From: Bispira polyomma
Lineage: Eukaryota
Assembly: GCA_965649765.1 (NCBI GenBank)
Contig: OZ287755.1
Span: forward strand, 2,170,001-2,234,000
DNA: 64,000 bases
Direction of reading: 5' to 3'
The translations under genes and the position numbers were made by a program. Shown here piece after piece: positions 37,695-48,999 of the stretch. A model generated the notes under the pieces. That model was not told where the DNA came from. It was given only the letters and a program-made list of their open reading frames with translations, and searched no databases. Position 1 is the first letter of the stretch. Each line of letters begins with the position of its first letter.

Positions 37695-38350
37695 GGGCCA
37701 TATTCACCAAGGGATTAATGCCCCAGTCCCACCGGCTTTCACATAAGTAGTCGTTAGGAAATTGATTGTGCTTAGGGTTTGCGTGGTATTGGCAGGAGAG
37801 CTGACGTCACATACATAAACATACATAACCTGGCGTGAGAGATGACACGCAAGAAATTTATCATTTCAAACTGTTTGAAATTTGGACAAGCAAACCACGT
37901 AAGATTGATACGGCAAGCAACGTGACCAAAAACGTAGACTTGCATACATCTATTTCTGAAATGTGGTTAAACATAGCCAAACGAGTAATTACATAATACA
38001 CGTAATACAGCGTAAGAATACATAGAAATTGACGTGATATTATGGCCTTTAATGTGTCAATGTGCGTCGTTTTATGTATTTTTGCGTGTCTTTTTGTACA
38101 AATGCTTGCGAGTCTTTACAGGTAGTAACGTACAAATATGTATATCTCTGCGTAAGTTAATGCCTTTGACGTAAAAAACATATATAAACTGACTTTTGTA
38201 TGCATCAAATATTTGTGAGAGCCCTGCGTGGTTAACATAGACTAACGTCATTCCGGTGGGACTGAGGTCTTAGCCGAACCTTAAATCACTATACTTTTGT
38301 GCTAGATTTAAGTCGAAGACTTGGCTAAGTCCCTTTGTAAATTCGGGCCC
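37695..38350. mobile_element. Nested MITEs: a ~105-bp gggcc..tattcac MITE interrupted by a ~550-bp TIR element (37718-38270)
   Basis: Outer TIRs gggccatattcaccaaggga / tccctttgtaaattcgggccc. Inner TIRs ccccagtcccaccgg / ccggtgggactgagg with TA duplicated. Confidence 0.8.
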
Positions 38351-38934
38351 TGCCAATTAGGGTTAGCCAAAAATTATGGATGCCACTTATTTTCTCACAA
38401 TAAAATATAAACATTTTATAATTTGATGTCAGTGGTTACTTGTTTATCAATGGCAGATCAAGGTAGATGACTATTGAAATAAAACACGCAGTGTAACAAA
38501 AGACAATTCCATCTTTTAATAGTGAAGAAGCTACCATTAATATTCAGGGTGACCATAATTGATGTAGGTCTAAAATTACTAGCAAGCAGTGCTCTAGTTA
38601 GAAATCAAAACAAAAGTGTCAATATTCCCTAAAACTCTCAAGTTGCAAGGTCCAGTTCAAACAGCTCTCTCTAACTCTGGTGCGAAGGGGTTAGATACAC
38701 GAGAGCTGACTGTGGATTTAACTTCAGAGCTGAAAGCTCTACTGCTAGCTACCCTGCGCATTATGGGCATACCAACATTATTTAACAATAATTTTGTTAT
38801 TTTAACGAAAAGTATGGGGTACGTAATGGCATAATATTATTACTACATTTTGCAAATTAAATTGTTTGCCCCTGGTGCCGTGTGCACAAAGAGGTCTGAA
38901 TCAGATTTCCTCCACCCGTAAACTGTGTATCGCA

Positions 38935-39101
38935 ATATGACGCAATCAATTACCCAGATGTAGTGGTGGAAGAAACCACTGCGGAGGACACTGGTTAAAC
39001 CACCGAGCTATTGTAAGTACAAACTTTCCCACATGAAGGAAAAAACACGGATTCAAACCTACATTGGAGTCAGTGACTGTGAAGCAGACATATCTAACCA
39101 C
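38935..39101 (-). mobile_element. tRNA-derived SINE, diverged
   Basis: Reverse complement reads agtggttaga..ggtttgaatcc (A/B-box-like), then atgtgggaaagtttg..cggtggttt core shared with the other SINE copies. Confidence 0.6.
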
Positions 39102-39314
39102 TATATATAATGGTTTATGTAGTGTTGTGTCGTGTGTGGCCATGTCTTCCCCCGTTGTGTCATGTCGTGTAGTCGGTGGTTTGTAATGCCCTTAACTCTT
39201 TTAAATAAGTACAATTCACACAGTACCAAATACCAGACTTAGATCTTATGTACACCCTTGTATTGATGACCACTCAATGAACTCCCATCTCACCATATAC
39301 CCCTAACAGAGAAG

Positions 39315-42300
39315 ATGTCAGAAGACTCAGACTATGTATGTACACTGGACCAAGCCACCATCAAGAAGGCTAAAGAAGAGCTGAATGAGAATCCTCAGGA
39401 CAGATTGGCGGCAGTTCAGGCTCTGAGAGACTGGGTCAGAGAACAGCCACATCTTAAGTTTCCTAGTCTGGGTAGGTGAACTCTTACTAAACTAAGGTTT
39501 AGCCAGCATTTGTTTTAAAGGGTGGGGGGAGGTCAGCGATCCTCTCCTAGAGAAGGTATTGTCAACATAAATGTTAAGATGTGCTTGTTAAACTCCCATT
39601 TGAAGTAGCTCTATAAATGTTTTAAAAGGGGGGTTGATCCTGATAAACCTCCCCCCTCCCCTTCACTCCCAACACCCTGGATCCACCTATGAATCTAATT
39701 AGAAAGCCTGTTGTAATGCAATACAAACCTTGTCATTGTGAATTGTCATATAGACATTGATAGTGCCTTATGGTGAAATGAAATGCTCCTCAATACTTCA
39801 ATACTTCTATCGGTACAATCAGTCATCAAACTTTCGCACAACCCTGCTGTAAAAGTTCATAAAGCTGGTCAAGAGGTCCCATTAGTCATGGGTTTGAATC
39901 TCGGTCACGCCATCTATATTGGAAAGTTTGCAGTGGACTTAACTAAAGCTGGTGGTTTGCAGAACAAAAATCATGAGCAACTACCCTGTTTTGTTTCTCA
40001 TGCAACACCAGTAAACTGCTTACTGTGATATCAAACACATTGTAAACCCCAAAGTAGATGAATAGGTTTGGACCATTGCAATATTACTTAATATGGTAAA
40101 AGTAATGTCAATCCTAAATCATCTTTTAAACTCACACCACATTTTGTGGTATTCAAATATGTCTGGGCTTTAAAAACTATAATATTAATGCTGAATTTGA
40201 ATTTGGATATTTAATGTCCACTCTAGTACCTTTTAGTAGGTTATATTGGGACGGGTAATTGGAAATGCTGAAGGAAACACTGCATACAGTTGGTCAAGGT
40301 TCTGCAGAGAAACCAGCGGCCCACAGTAAGGAACTACCACCTTTCCCACATAAGCATTGACGGGATTCGAAATCACGCCGCCCAGAGGTGAGAGACCAGT
40401 GATTGTGAAGCGCAATGCTTGCTAACCACTAGGCCACCACAGCCCCATATTAATGCGGAAAGCCAGTTTTAACAATGCTGGGACCCTGTTAGCTCTATCA
40501 TTTTGCATTTTGATGCGTTTAATTTTTTTTATACTACCCATCTGCCTGTGTTGTGAGATTCAAAACACTAATTTTGATTATTAATCCCCCGACCCACCAA
40601 TCCAGACACTGTCACAATGCTGCAATATCTGCGTGGAGCCAAGTTCAGCCAGCTTCGGGCCAGGGAACTATTAGAGAAACACCTGTTACTGAGGAACTCG
40701 CTGAAATGGTTCAAAAACATTGACACACATGACAGTGAATTGCTACGGGTATTAAACTTTGGGTATGTAGAAAAATATGTTATAGTTTGTGTATGTCGTA
40801 CAAAACATTGTTATAGTTTGTGTATGTGGTACAACACAGTGTTATAGTTTGTGTATGTGGTACAAAACAGTGTTTATAGTTTGTGTATGTGGTACAAAAT
40901 AGTGTTATAGTTTGTTTATGTGGTACAACACAGTGTTATAGTTTGTGTATGTGGTACAACACAGTGTTATAGTTTGTGTATGTGGTACAAAACAGTGTTA
41001 CACTTTGTGTATGGTGTACAAAACAGTGTTATAGTTTGTGTATGTGGTACAAAACAGTGTTACACTTTGTGTGTGGTGTACAAAATAGTTTTATAGTTTG
41101 TGTATGTGGTACAGAATAGTGTTATAGTTTGTGTATGTGGTACAAAACAGTGTTATAGTTTGGGTATGTGGTACAACACAGTGTTATAGTTGTGTGTGGT
41201 GTACAAAATAGTGTTATAGTTTGTGTATGTGGTACAAAACAGTGTTATAGTTTGGGTGTGTGGTATAAAACAGTGTTATAGTTTGTGTGTGTGGTATAAA
41301 ACAGTGTTATAGTTTGTGTATGTGGTACAAAACAGTGTTATAGTTTGTGTGTGGTGTACAAAATAGTTTTATAGTTTGTGTATGTGGTACAAAATAGTGT
41401 TATAGTTTGTGTATGTGGTATAAAACAGTGTTATAGTTTGGGTATGTGGTACAACACAGTGTTATAGTTGTGTGTGGTGTACAAAATAGTGTTATAGTTT
41501 GTGTATGTGGTACAAAACAGTGTTATAGTTTGGGTATGTGGTACAAAATAGTGTTATAGTTTGTGTATGTGGTACAAAACAGTGTTATAGTTTGGGTATG
41601 TGGTACAAAACAGTGTTATAGTTTGTGTATGTGGTACAAAACAGTGTTATAGTTTGTGTATGTGGTACAAAACAGTGTTATAGTTTGTGTATGTGGTACA
41701 GAATAGTGTTATAGTTTGTGTATGTGGTACAACACAGTGTTATAGTTTGTGTATGTGGTACAACACGGTGTTATAGTTTGTGTATGTGGTACAAAACAGT
41801 GTTTATAGTTTGTGTATGGTATCAAATAGTGTTACAGTTTTTAGGGTTTTTTTAAAGTTTATTATTTATTGTTGAAAGCCTCTTTTTCAGACACCCAGGA
41901 CTTCACAAAAACTGCACTTCACAGGATGTCTAATCTATACAAAAATATGAAAAATAACCATTGTAACAGTAATATAAATGTGTAGCCTTTTATTATAGTG
42001 ACGAAAAATCAACCATTTTTTTTTGTAGAAAGAAAGAATACCAAAAAGTTGTATATTCATTGTACGTGCATTTAACCTGTTTACATATATATAAAATTTT
42101 CTACTACAATATTTACTTATTTAAATATTCTGCATTTTGCACTTATCCAAGCAAATACTGCCATTTACGATGAATGTACAAACCTTGATTTGCATTCTGC
42201 GTTATAGTTTTCTCGAACTTGTAAGTATAACACATCATTTGTTTAAAATACTATATATGTAAAATACTTTCTTTTGGATTTGGTTACAAAGACATGTATA

Positions 42301-45300
42301 TAATAATTGGCAAGGTGAAATATGTGATTCATTATTCTGTCATTATGCCCTTTGTACCCGAGCAGGATTGATTTGGTTGTCAAACAATGATCGATTGATC
42401 AATAAGTCTGTTTTTCTGACCTTAAAGTATTAAGTGGAAAAGTGTTTAGCCAATGAGCTGGGTTAATGCAAATCAATTCCAAGGGACAAATAGAACTACA
42501 TTTTATGTAAATGGAGCCAATAGTGGTTAATCATTCCATTGAACTTCTACAGTGGTATTCATAAAAGGGTTAACAAAAGACTTGGATCCAGTATACTTTG
42601 TGCTAGATTTAGGACAGTGTCCAGACCAAGCCCTTTTTGTGAACACAGTCCCTAGGACAGTATTCACTAACAGACAAAGCCAAGTCTTTGGCTTAACTCT
42701 AGCACAAAAGTATACTCGACATATGCCTAAGATGTGGCTAAGTCTGTTGGTGATTATGGGCCCTGTATATTAGAGACATATAATTGTTGTTCAAGCTGAA
42801 ATTTGTACATATATAGTATATGTTTTTGGTAGGACTTTTAGATTTGTTTCCCGTTTTCTTTGTGTTTTTAGTATGGTGATACCCCTACCCAAGAGAACTC
42901 CCAGAGGTGAAACGGTGGTGCTAGAGAGACCTCGTAAGTCATGTGGGGCTTTATAGTGTAAACAGGGAGGTTTATAGTGTAAACAGGGAGCTATGTAGGG
43001 TAAACAGGGAGGTGTATGGTGTAAACAGGCAGGTGTATAGTGTAAACATGGAGGTGTATAGTGTAAACATGGAGGTTGATTGTGTAAACAGGGAGGTGTA
43101 TTGTGTAAACAGGGAGGTTTATATTGTAAACATGGAGCTTTATAGTGTAAACAGGAAGGTGTATAGTGTAAACTGGCAGGTTAAAAGTTTAACAAGTTTT
43201 AGATTAAAAAAAATTAAAGACTTAATTTTTATCAATCAGCTTATAAATGTTCACATAATGTTTTAAGTAGCATGTGGTTTCCTAATTGTGAAGCAATGTC
43301 AAACTACTGTAATTCATGAAATGAATGTGATCCCAGCTACATATGAATCAGCCTCAATCTGTCTATCCTTCTGTCAGGCTGTTTGGACGGTAAGAAGTTT
43401 TCCTGGAGCACCTTCTTCCAGAGCTTTATTGTGCTGTTTCAGTACCTCACTGACAATGAGATGAGCCAGGTTAATGGCTTCATCTTCCTCATGGACTTCT
43501 CGGGGGTAGGAGCCAAGCTGTTAACTAGGATGATGAACAAGGAAATGGCCGACTTTGAGTCCAAATGGGCGGTTAGTATGGTAGACTATTACTCCCCCCC
43601 ATTAGTAATAGTTCCCATTTTTCGATGATATATCATATAAGTGCTGTGTCAAATTTGTTAACTTTGCTTATGTTAACCACTATGTCGCTGGCTGCTACAA
43701 AAGCCATGAAATGGCCACACAAAGCTCAGTCTAGGTCTGTCCTTCATTCCGGCCATACCACAATGTTTGTCCAGGTGTATATCTTGGTGTCTACTGTAGC
43801 AACTCTATTATCTGAACTTATGTTGTCTAAATATTCAATTTTAGTGAACTTTGTTTCACATTCACAAATTTCCTTTTTCCTATTGTTTTATACAGAAAAC
43901 GTCTCCGAACAAAATGATTTAAGATGTACTTTATACGTCAACATTGACTTAATGAGTACTCAATATGTGCTCCATTTGTACTCCATATCTGTTGCACTTA
44001 TCTTACATATGTGCTTCATATGTTATACGTATGTACTCAATATGTACTTGGAGAAGTCAATATGTACTTAGTGTGTACTTAGTGTGTACTTAATGTGTAC
44101 GGTGGTACAATGTTATTTTGACGTATTAAACAAACTAATTAAAAATAGTTACTCATATTCATACTTAAATAGTTAAGATGTATTTATGATGCAACAAAAA
44201 ACACAACAAGTACAATTAAATCAGCTTTCTCAACATATTTATACAAACATTTTACCATTAGTAATTCTGTTATTAATAAATAAGCGGCAATATAGCTATA
44301 TATGTCAAAATAATATGTGCATTGAAATAACATCATACTGCCATACTTTAGGTGCACTCAACATGTACTTAATGCCTCTTTTTCTTGTATTGTCCAGTTT
44401 CCCATTGTGTATTTTTGTTATACTTCAGAAAAGTTCCCCCGGCCGCTTCAAGGGTTTCCACATATATAACAGTGGGGTGTTGTTTGAGATGATGATCGCC
44501 TTCGCTAAACCTATACTACCAAAGAAGTGGATAGAAAGGGTGAGCTCGACACAATTATCTGTGAACACTTCTTTAGGTTAGAGTTTGGGTTAGAGTTTGG
44601 GTTAGAGTTTAGGTTAGAGTTTGGGTTAGAGTTTGGGTTAGAGTTTGGGTTAGAGTTTAGGTTAGAGTTTGGGTTAGAGTTTGGGTTAGAGTTAAGGTGT
44701 GGGTGTATGAGTGTATTGAATCCATGTATCTGTATGGCCATCTGTATGGATGTATCTGTATGGCTCTCTGTATGGCTCTCTATGGCTGTATGTGTCACTC
44801 GCTCTATCTACGGATAAAGACCCATGACAACTTGGAGACTGTGTACAAACACATCCCTGTGGACTGTATGTATTGATGTATTACTATATGTATGTCTGTG
44901 TATGGTTGTGTGTATGGTTGTATGTATGGATGTATATGTCACATGTCACTCTCTCTATCTACAGATGAAAACCCATGACAACTTGGAGACTGTGTACAAA
45001 CACATCCCTATGGACTGCCTTCCTGAGGAGTATCTTCCTGATGACTATACAGGACCTAACGTGGGCTCTACACAGCAAATCCTGGGTCGGTAGCACTAAA
45101 CTGTGTCTTCAAGATGTTGAGGATATCATATCCAGCCATTGGCTAGTCAAGGCTTTACTAATTACAGATGGGTTTTGTTGATTTGATAGCCTTCTATATT
45201 AAATATTTACCATCTTCATTACCCAAATATGTTTGGTATCATTTGCATGCCAAAAAACATATTAACATAATTTTTTAGATTAAAATACAGCTCCAATTTT

Positions 45301-46138
45301 TGTACAGTGGAAACTCCATTATATAAACTAACTAATATGTTAAGTGACTGACTGACAATCTTAGCCACTCATGTCCACTCTACCAAATTCATGTGTTAGA
45401 ATTTAGGTTCCATGCAGAAATGACTCCAGCTTTCCACTTGTGAGGTTCTACTGTAGTATACTGATGTTCTGATGGAATGTATTATACCACCCTGATCTAC
45501 TGACTCTAGTGTCTGCCAGATTAAGTTAGTCATGATAACATAGTTTATTACATAGCAAGTGCTTCTTGATACAATGAAGCAGACATTTCTCTGGCTCCAC
45601 TATAAGTACAAATCTATCCCACAATGCCCCCTGGGTCTGAGGATACCGGGGCCTAGTGGTTAGCAAGCATTGCACTTCACAATCACTGGTCTCTCACCTC
45701 TGGGATCGGCTAGCGTGGGTTCAATGCCTATGTGGGAAAGGTGGTAGTTCCTTACTGGCCGCTGGTTTCAGTGCAGAATCTTGATCAACTGTATGCAGTG
45801 TTTCCTCCAGCGTTTCGAACTACCCGTCCCAATATTACCTAAACAGGTACTAGAGTGGATGTTAAATATCCCAATTCAAATTCAAAACTCCAAGGGGACC
45901 AATCACTAATCTATCACACAATACCACCTGCCCTGAATATACCAACCACCAACAAATCTATCCACAATGCTGCTGTCTCCATTGTTCTTCAGATGACTAC
46001 ATCCAATCTGTTCAGCAGAGTGACTTCAGGAAGCAGCTCCAGTACACAACCAGGCCCGAGTTCAGGGTCGATGAGTCCAAGCGTCCAAGTGCAGACGGCG
46101 GAGTGACACAGCATTTCAGGAAACTCAATGTGGACTAG
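39315..46138 (+). CDS. CRAL-TRIO domain lipid/retinoid-binding protein (alpha-tocopherol transfer protein-like/clavesin-like), paralog 3, 315 aa
   Basis: Exons 39315-39471, 40606-40762, 42872-42933, 43378-43571, 44429-44539, 44965-45085, 45993-46138 (948 nt), all GT-AG. Intron phases are identical to paralog 2 and exon sizes nearly so. Motifs LQYLRGAKFS, QVNGFIFLMDFSG, PGRFKGFHIYN, KPILPKKWIER, HIPMDCLPEEY, QHFRKLNVD*. Confidence 0.92.
39880..40052 (+). mobile_element. tRNA-derived SINE fragment
   Basis: gggtttgaatctc B-box-like motif, ggaaagtttg..ggtggttt core, tgtaaaccccaaa tail. Confidence 0.45.
40192..40446 (-). mobile_element. tRNA-derived SINE (full length) in intron 1 of paralog 3
   Basis: Reverse complement: ggggctgtggTGGCCTAGTGG (A box)..gatTTCGAATCCC (B box)..atgtgggaaaggtggtagttcc..attaaatatccaaattcaaattca tail. 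Confidence 0.88.
40750..41840. repeat. 31-bp minisatellite, ~34 copies (tgttatagtttgtgtatgtggtacaaaacag), starting at the exon 2 donor
   Basis: Direct reading; no unique spacers. Confidence 0.95.
42551..42765. mobile_element. Two abutting, oppositely oriented copies of the ~105-bp tattcac MITE
   Basis: tatactttgtgctagattta (42592) in the first copy and its complement tctagcacaaaagtata (42698) in the second. The same core is at 38290-38310. Confidence 0.7.
42945..43182. repeat. 21-bp minisatellite, ~11 copies (tatagtgtaaacagggaggtg), just after the exon 3 donor
   Basis: Direct reading. Confidence 0.95.
44572..44696. repeat. 12-bp tandem repeat GGGTTAGAGTTT x~10
   Basis: Direct reading; TTAGGG-like dimer variant in intron 5 of paralog 3. 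Confidence 0.95.
44793..44866 (+). pseudogene. Dead partial duplicate of exon 6 (acceptor plus first ~53 nt)
   Basis: ctctatctacGGataaagacccatgacaacttggagactgtgtacaaacacatccctgtggactg versus the real ctctatctacAGatgaaaacccatgac... 151 bp downstream. Confidence 0.85.
45648..45886 (+). mobile_element. tRNA-derived SINE in intron 6 of paralog 3, same family as 40192-40446, opposite orientation
   Basis: ggcctagtggttagcaagcattgcacttcacaatcactggtctctcacctctggg...gttaaatatcccaattcaaattcaaa. Confidence 0.88.
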
Positions 46139-46227
46139 TGGTGTTTGTGAAGTGTAGAACAGAAGTCAACAGTACTTTTTGACATTCCACTTTTAATTAT
46201 GGCTTTCAACTTATCATAAACCTGGAG

Positions 46228-46446
46228 GGTTATTCACTGAAACTCTTAATTTAGTCTTAAGCTTAACGCTCGGAGACTCGGAGAATTTTGGCCAAAAATA
46301 GATTTTGGTCCTTAGTCCCAGTGACAGTAAGACCAGATGTTTGCTCAGTGTTAACTTTGATATTAATAGTAACACTAACAGTAGGCAATCTTATGTTACA
46401 CATCAATATTACACTGAAGACCAAGTCAAGTTCAGTTAATATGAAC
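46228..46446. mobile_element. Possible MITE immediately 3' of the paralog 3 stop codon
   Basis: ggttattcactgaaact.. versus agttcagttaatatgaac imperfect inverted ends, similar in style to the tattcac MITEs. Confidence 0.35.
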
Positions 46447-47188
46447 ATTTTGTAAAGTCAAAAGTCATTGGAAAAACACAATCAACTTTTAATAACACAT
46501 CTATATCATTAGAGCTTATAGTCTAGGTATTTTTTCACACGATCACCATACTATGTCTCTACGAGTCCTTTTTTGGAGTGCAATGTTCTGTGTTCACAGT
46601 TCCTTCAATTTCCTGTGACTATAGTCAAAATGTCAGATATCATTTGAAATTATTAATATTTATGTACAGAAAAGTATTGGTATAATATTTATTCCTTGGA
46701 CTAAAATTCAAAAATCAAGTCCTTTAATAGGTACAGTTCTGTAATTAACTATGACAAAGACAATTGTTGGAAAAGTTTTACACAGACTAAAATTTTCAAA
46801 AATTTACTTTTCACACTACGACACTTCAGTGTAAAAGGTATAGACTTTTTATACAGTAAAGAATAGACTTGTAAACTGTGAACTAAAACACATCAGGTGA
46901 CGAGCATATGATCTCCTTTTAAAATATAACACTACTTCACAGGTCACATGAACTTTGTTCATCTAAAAAACCACTTAGTAACTCAGGAACCAATGTAACA
47001 TGTCCAACAGATATTTGTGTATATTTTACCACAGTGGAGCATTATAACAGTAATACTGTAGTCATTCTTGTATGAAAATGGTCCTAGTAAGACAAGTGCA
47101 GCTTGGATTTTGGGACAATACAATACAAAATCACAAACTATAAGATAAGTTTCATTTCTTTCATCGACATACAATTATGATGATGCAA

Positions 47189-47800
47189 ATCTGTGAGTAT
47201 ATCTGCAACTCACTATTATATCGGTGAGTATATCTGCAACTCACTATTATATCTGTGAGTATATCTGCAACTCACTACTATATGGAATTGGACAGGGCCA
47301 AATAAACAAGCTATAGAAAATTCAAAATAATCTGTGCAGTATAATAAGCCATGCTGGCCCTCGCACTCACACAACTCCCCTGCTTAAACAATTACATTAG
47401 CTACCTTATTAAATTCAAGGTAATTGCCCTCATTTTTAAGAAGTCCATGTACAACAACCTGCCTACTTATAATCTATGCTGTCTCAGCAATCTCACCAGA
47501 GGCAATCATCTCTCCACCTCCGGTTTCATACCCCAAAAATCAGCTGGTTGAAAATCATTCTTAGTTGCAGCACCTGCTGAGTGGAATAGCCTCCCTACTA
47601 GTACTGAAACAAGCATCACAGTTTTCAGAAAAAAGGATAAAACACATCTGCATCAGCTTACTGTCCCACCTTAGCATTTATCTGCTAGTCACGATGAACT
47701 CTGATAACAAACCTTTTTCATTAACACTCATTAGGATATGCACCACAGAGGATGCCTGGTTATCAATCGAGATGGATTTTATTGCATACATTGTTTAGAG
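47189..47800 (+). mobile_element. Old L2-like 3' fragment whose 5' edge is a 31-bp x3 tandem repeat
   Basis: ICNSLLYGIGQGQINKL*KIQN, LKQLH*LP, SFLVAAPAEWNSLP. Repeat atctgtgagtatatctgcaactcactattat at 47189-47281. Confidence 0.7.
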
Positions 47801-48999
47801 TTTTATTTAGAATAATATAAATGATATTATGAATGAATGTGGTCTGACTTTGACTTAAATTTTGTAGAAGTGGGTATGATATGAAGCAAAACGATAACAG
47901 TGCATGTCTTTGGGTATTTGAGGAAGATAATATTTAGAGACAAGGTAGTAAAAAGTATGCGACATACTTCCATGTATAATATCCTGCTGTATATGTGCAC
48001 ATTAATAACTTGTGCTTCCCGTGGTTTCCCCTTCGGCTCACCTGTGCATTGTAGACCCTAGTTTACACATGAATAACTGTTCTCTACTGTAAGCCATCAA
48101 CCTAAGGCAAGTACTTGAACATACCTTCTCCATTCAGGAAGTGACACAATTTGAAAATAATGTACAACTAGACCTAGCACATCGTAGAACTGATGCATAT
48201 TTGTAAGAAAAACAAAGCACCCTTGGTAGAAAGCACCCTAGCTAGCACCCAAGCTAGAAGCCTATAATTTCCTATAGGGCATTTATGCTAAAAACATAGA
48301 TGGCACAAGTGGGTTTCACATTGCAAACCTGTTGGACCAAAAATAAGTGTGTGATAGGCTAAAATTACTTCCAGACATCCTTTCGTAATAAAGAACATTT
48401 CCTGTAAGTTTCAGGAGCCTAGGTACCAAAGTTTTCCCAGTAGAGCGGTAACGGTAAAATCTCACATACACACTGATGCCGCCGCGGCAGCGTAACAAAG
48501 CTTAATCCAGTGTATCCACCGGAGTGGATACAATTACACAGAGGCGTCAGGACCTCAATAACTATACTGTATTGTCAAAAAGAGACCACTAAGATATATC
48601 CTAAACTATACTGTGACAAGAGAGTAACCACCATGTATCCTAGACTGTACTTTAAGGATTTCTACCTCACTAAATTGTTGCCAATGCATCTTGTAAGACA
48701 CTTGTTCTCCAACAATGTGTACAGACTGTAAAACCAATGTTTGAAATGTCCTCATATAAGCTTGGTTATTATGTAAGGGCTTGTTATGGCTCTAGAACTA
48801 ACTGATGTTCATAATAATGACCAGAGTACAATAAAGATGGCGATCTATGATCTTGTACACAAGAACAAATTTTAAACCAATGTTGGAAATATCACACACA
48901 CACACACCAAACCATAAAGTTGTGCACCTTATGTTAAGTTGTCCTTAATATACCATAGTTTAGGGGCTGCAGTGCTACAAAACTATGTGTGTCGAGTCC

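Noticed and set aside
40360-40446. tRNA gene
   Set aside because: A and B boxes are present, but the sequence continues into a SINE body and tail repeated elsewhere, and no complete cloverleaf is evident.
40778-41840. CRISPR-like 31-bp periodicity
   Set aside because: Head-to-tail units with no unique spacers, no cas genes, and a eukaryotic intron context.
42943-43266. 107-aa VYSVNRE repeat ORF
   Set aside because: 21-bp minisatellite in intron 3 of paralog 3.
44511-44817. NPNS / LEFG repeat ORFs; possible telomere
   Set aside because: Translation artefacts of a 12-bp intronic repeat; not pure TTAGGG and not terminal.
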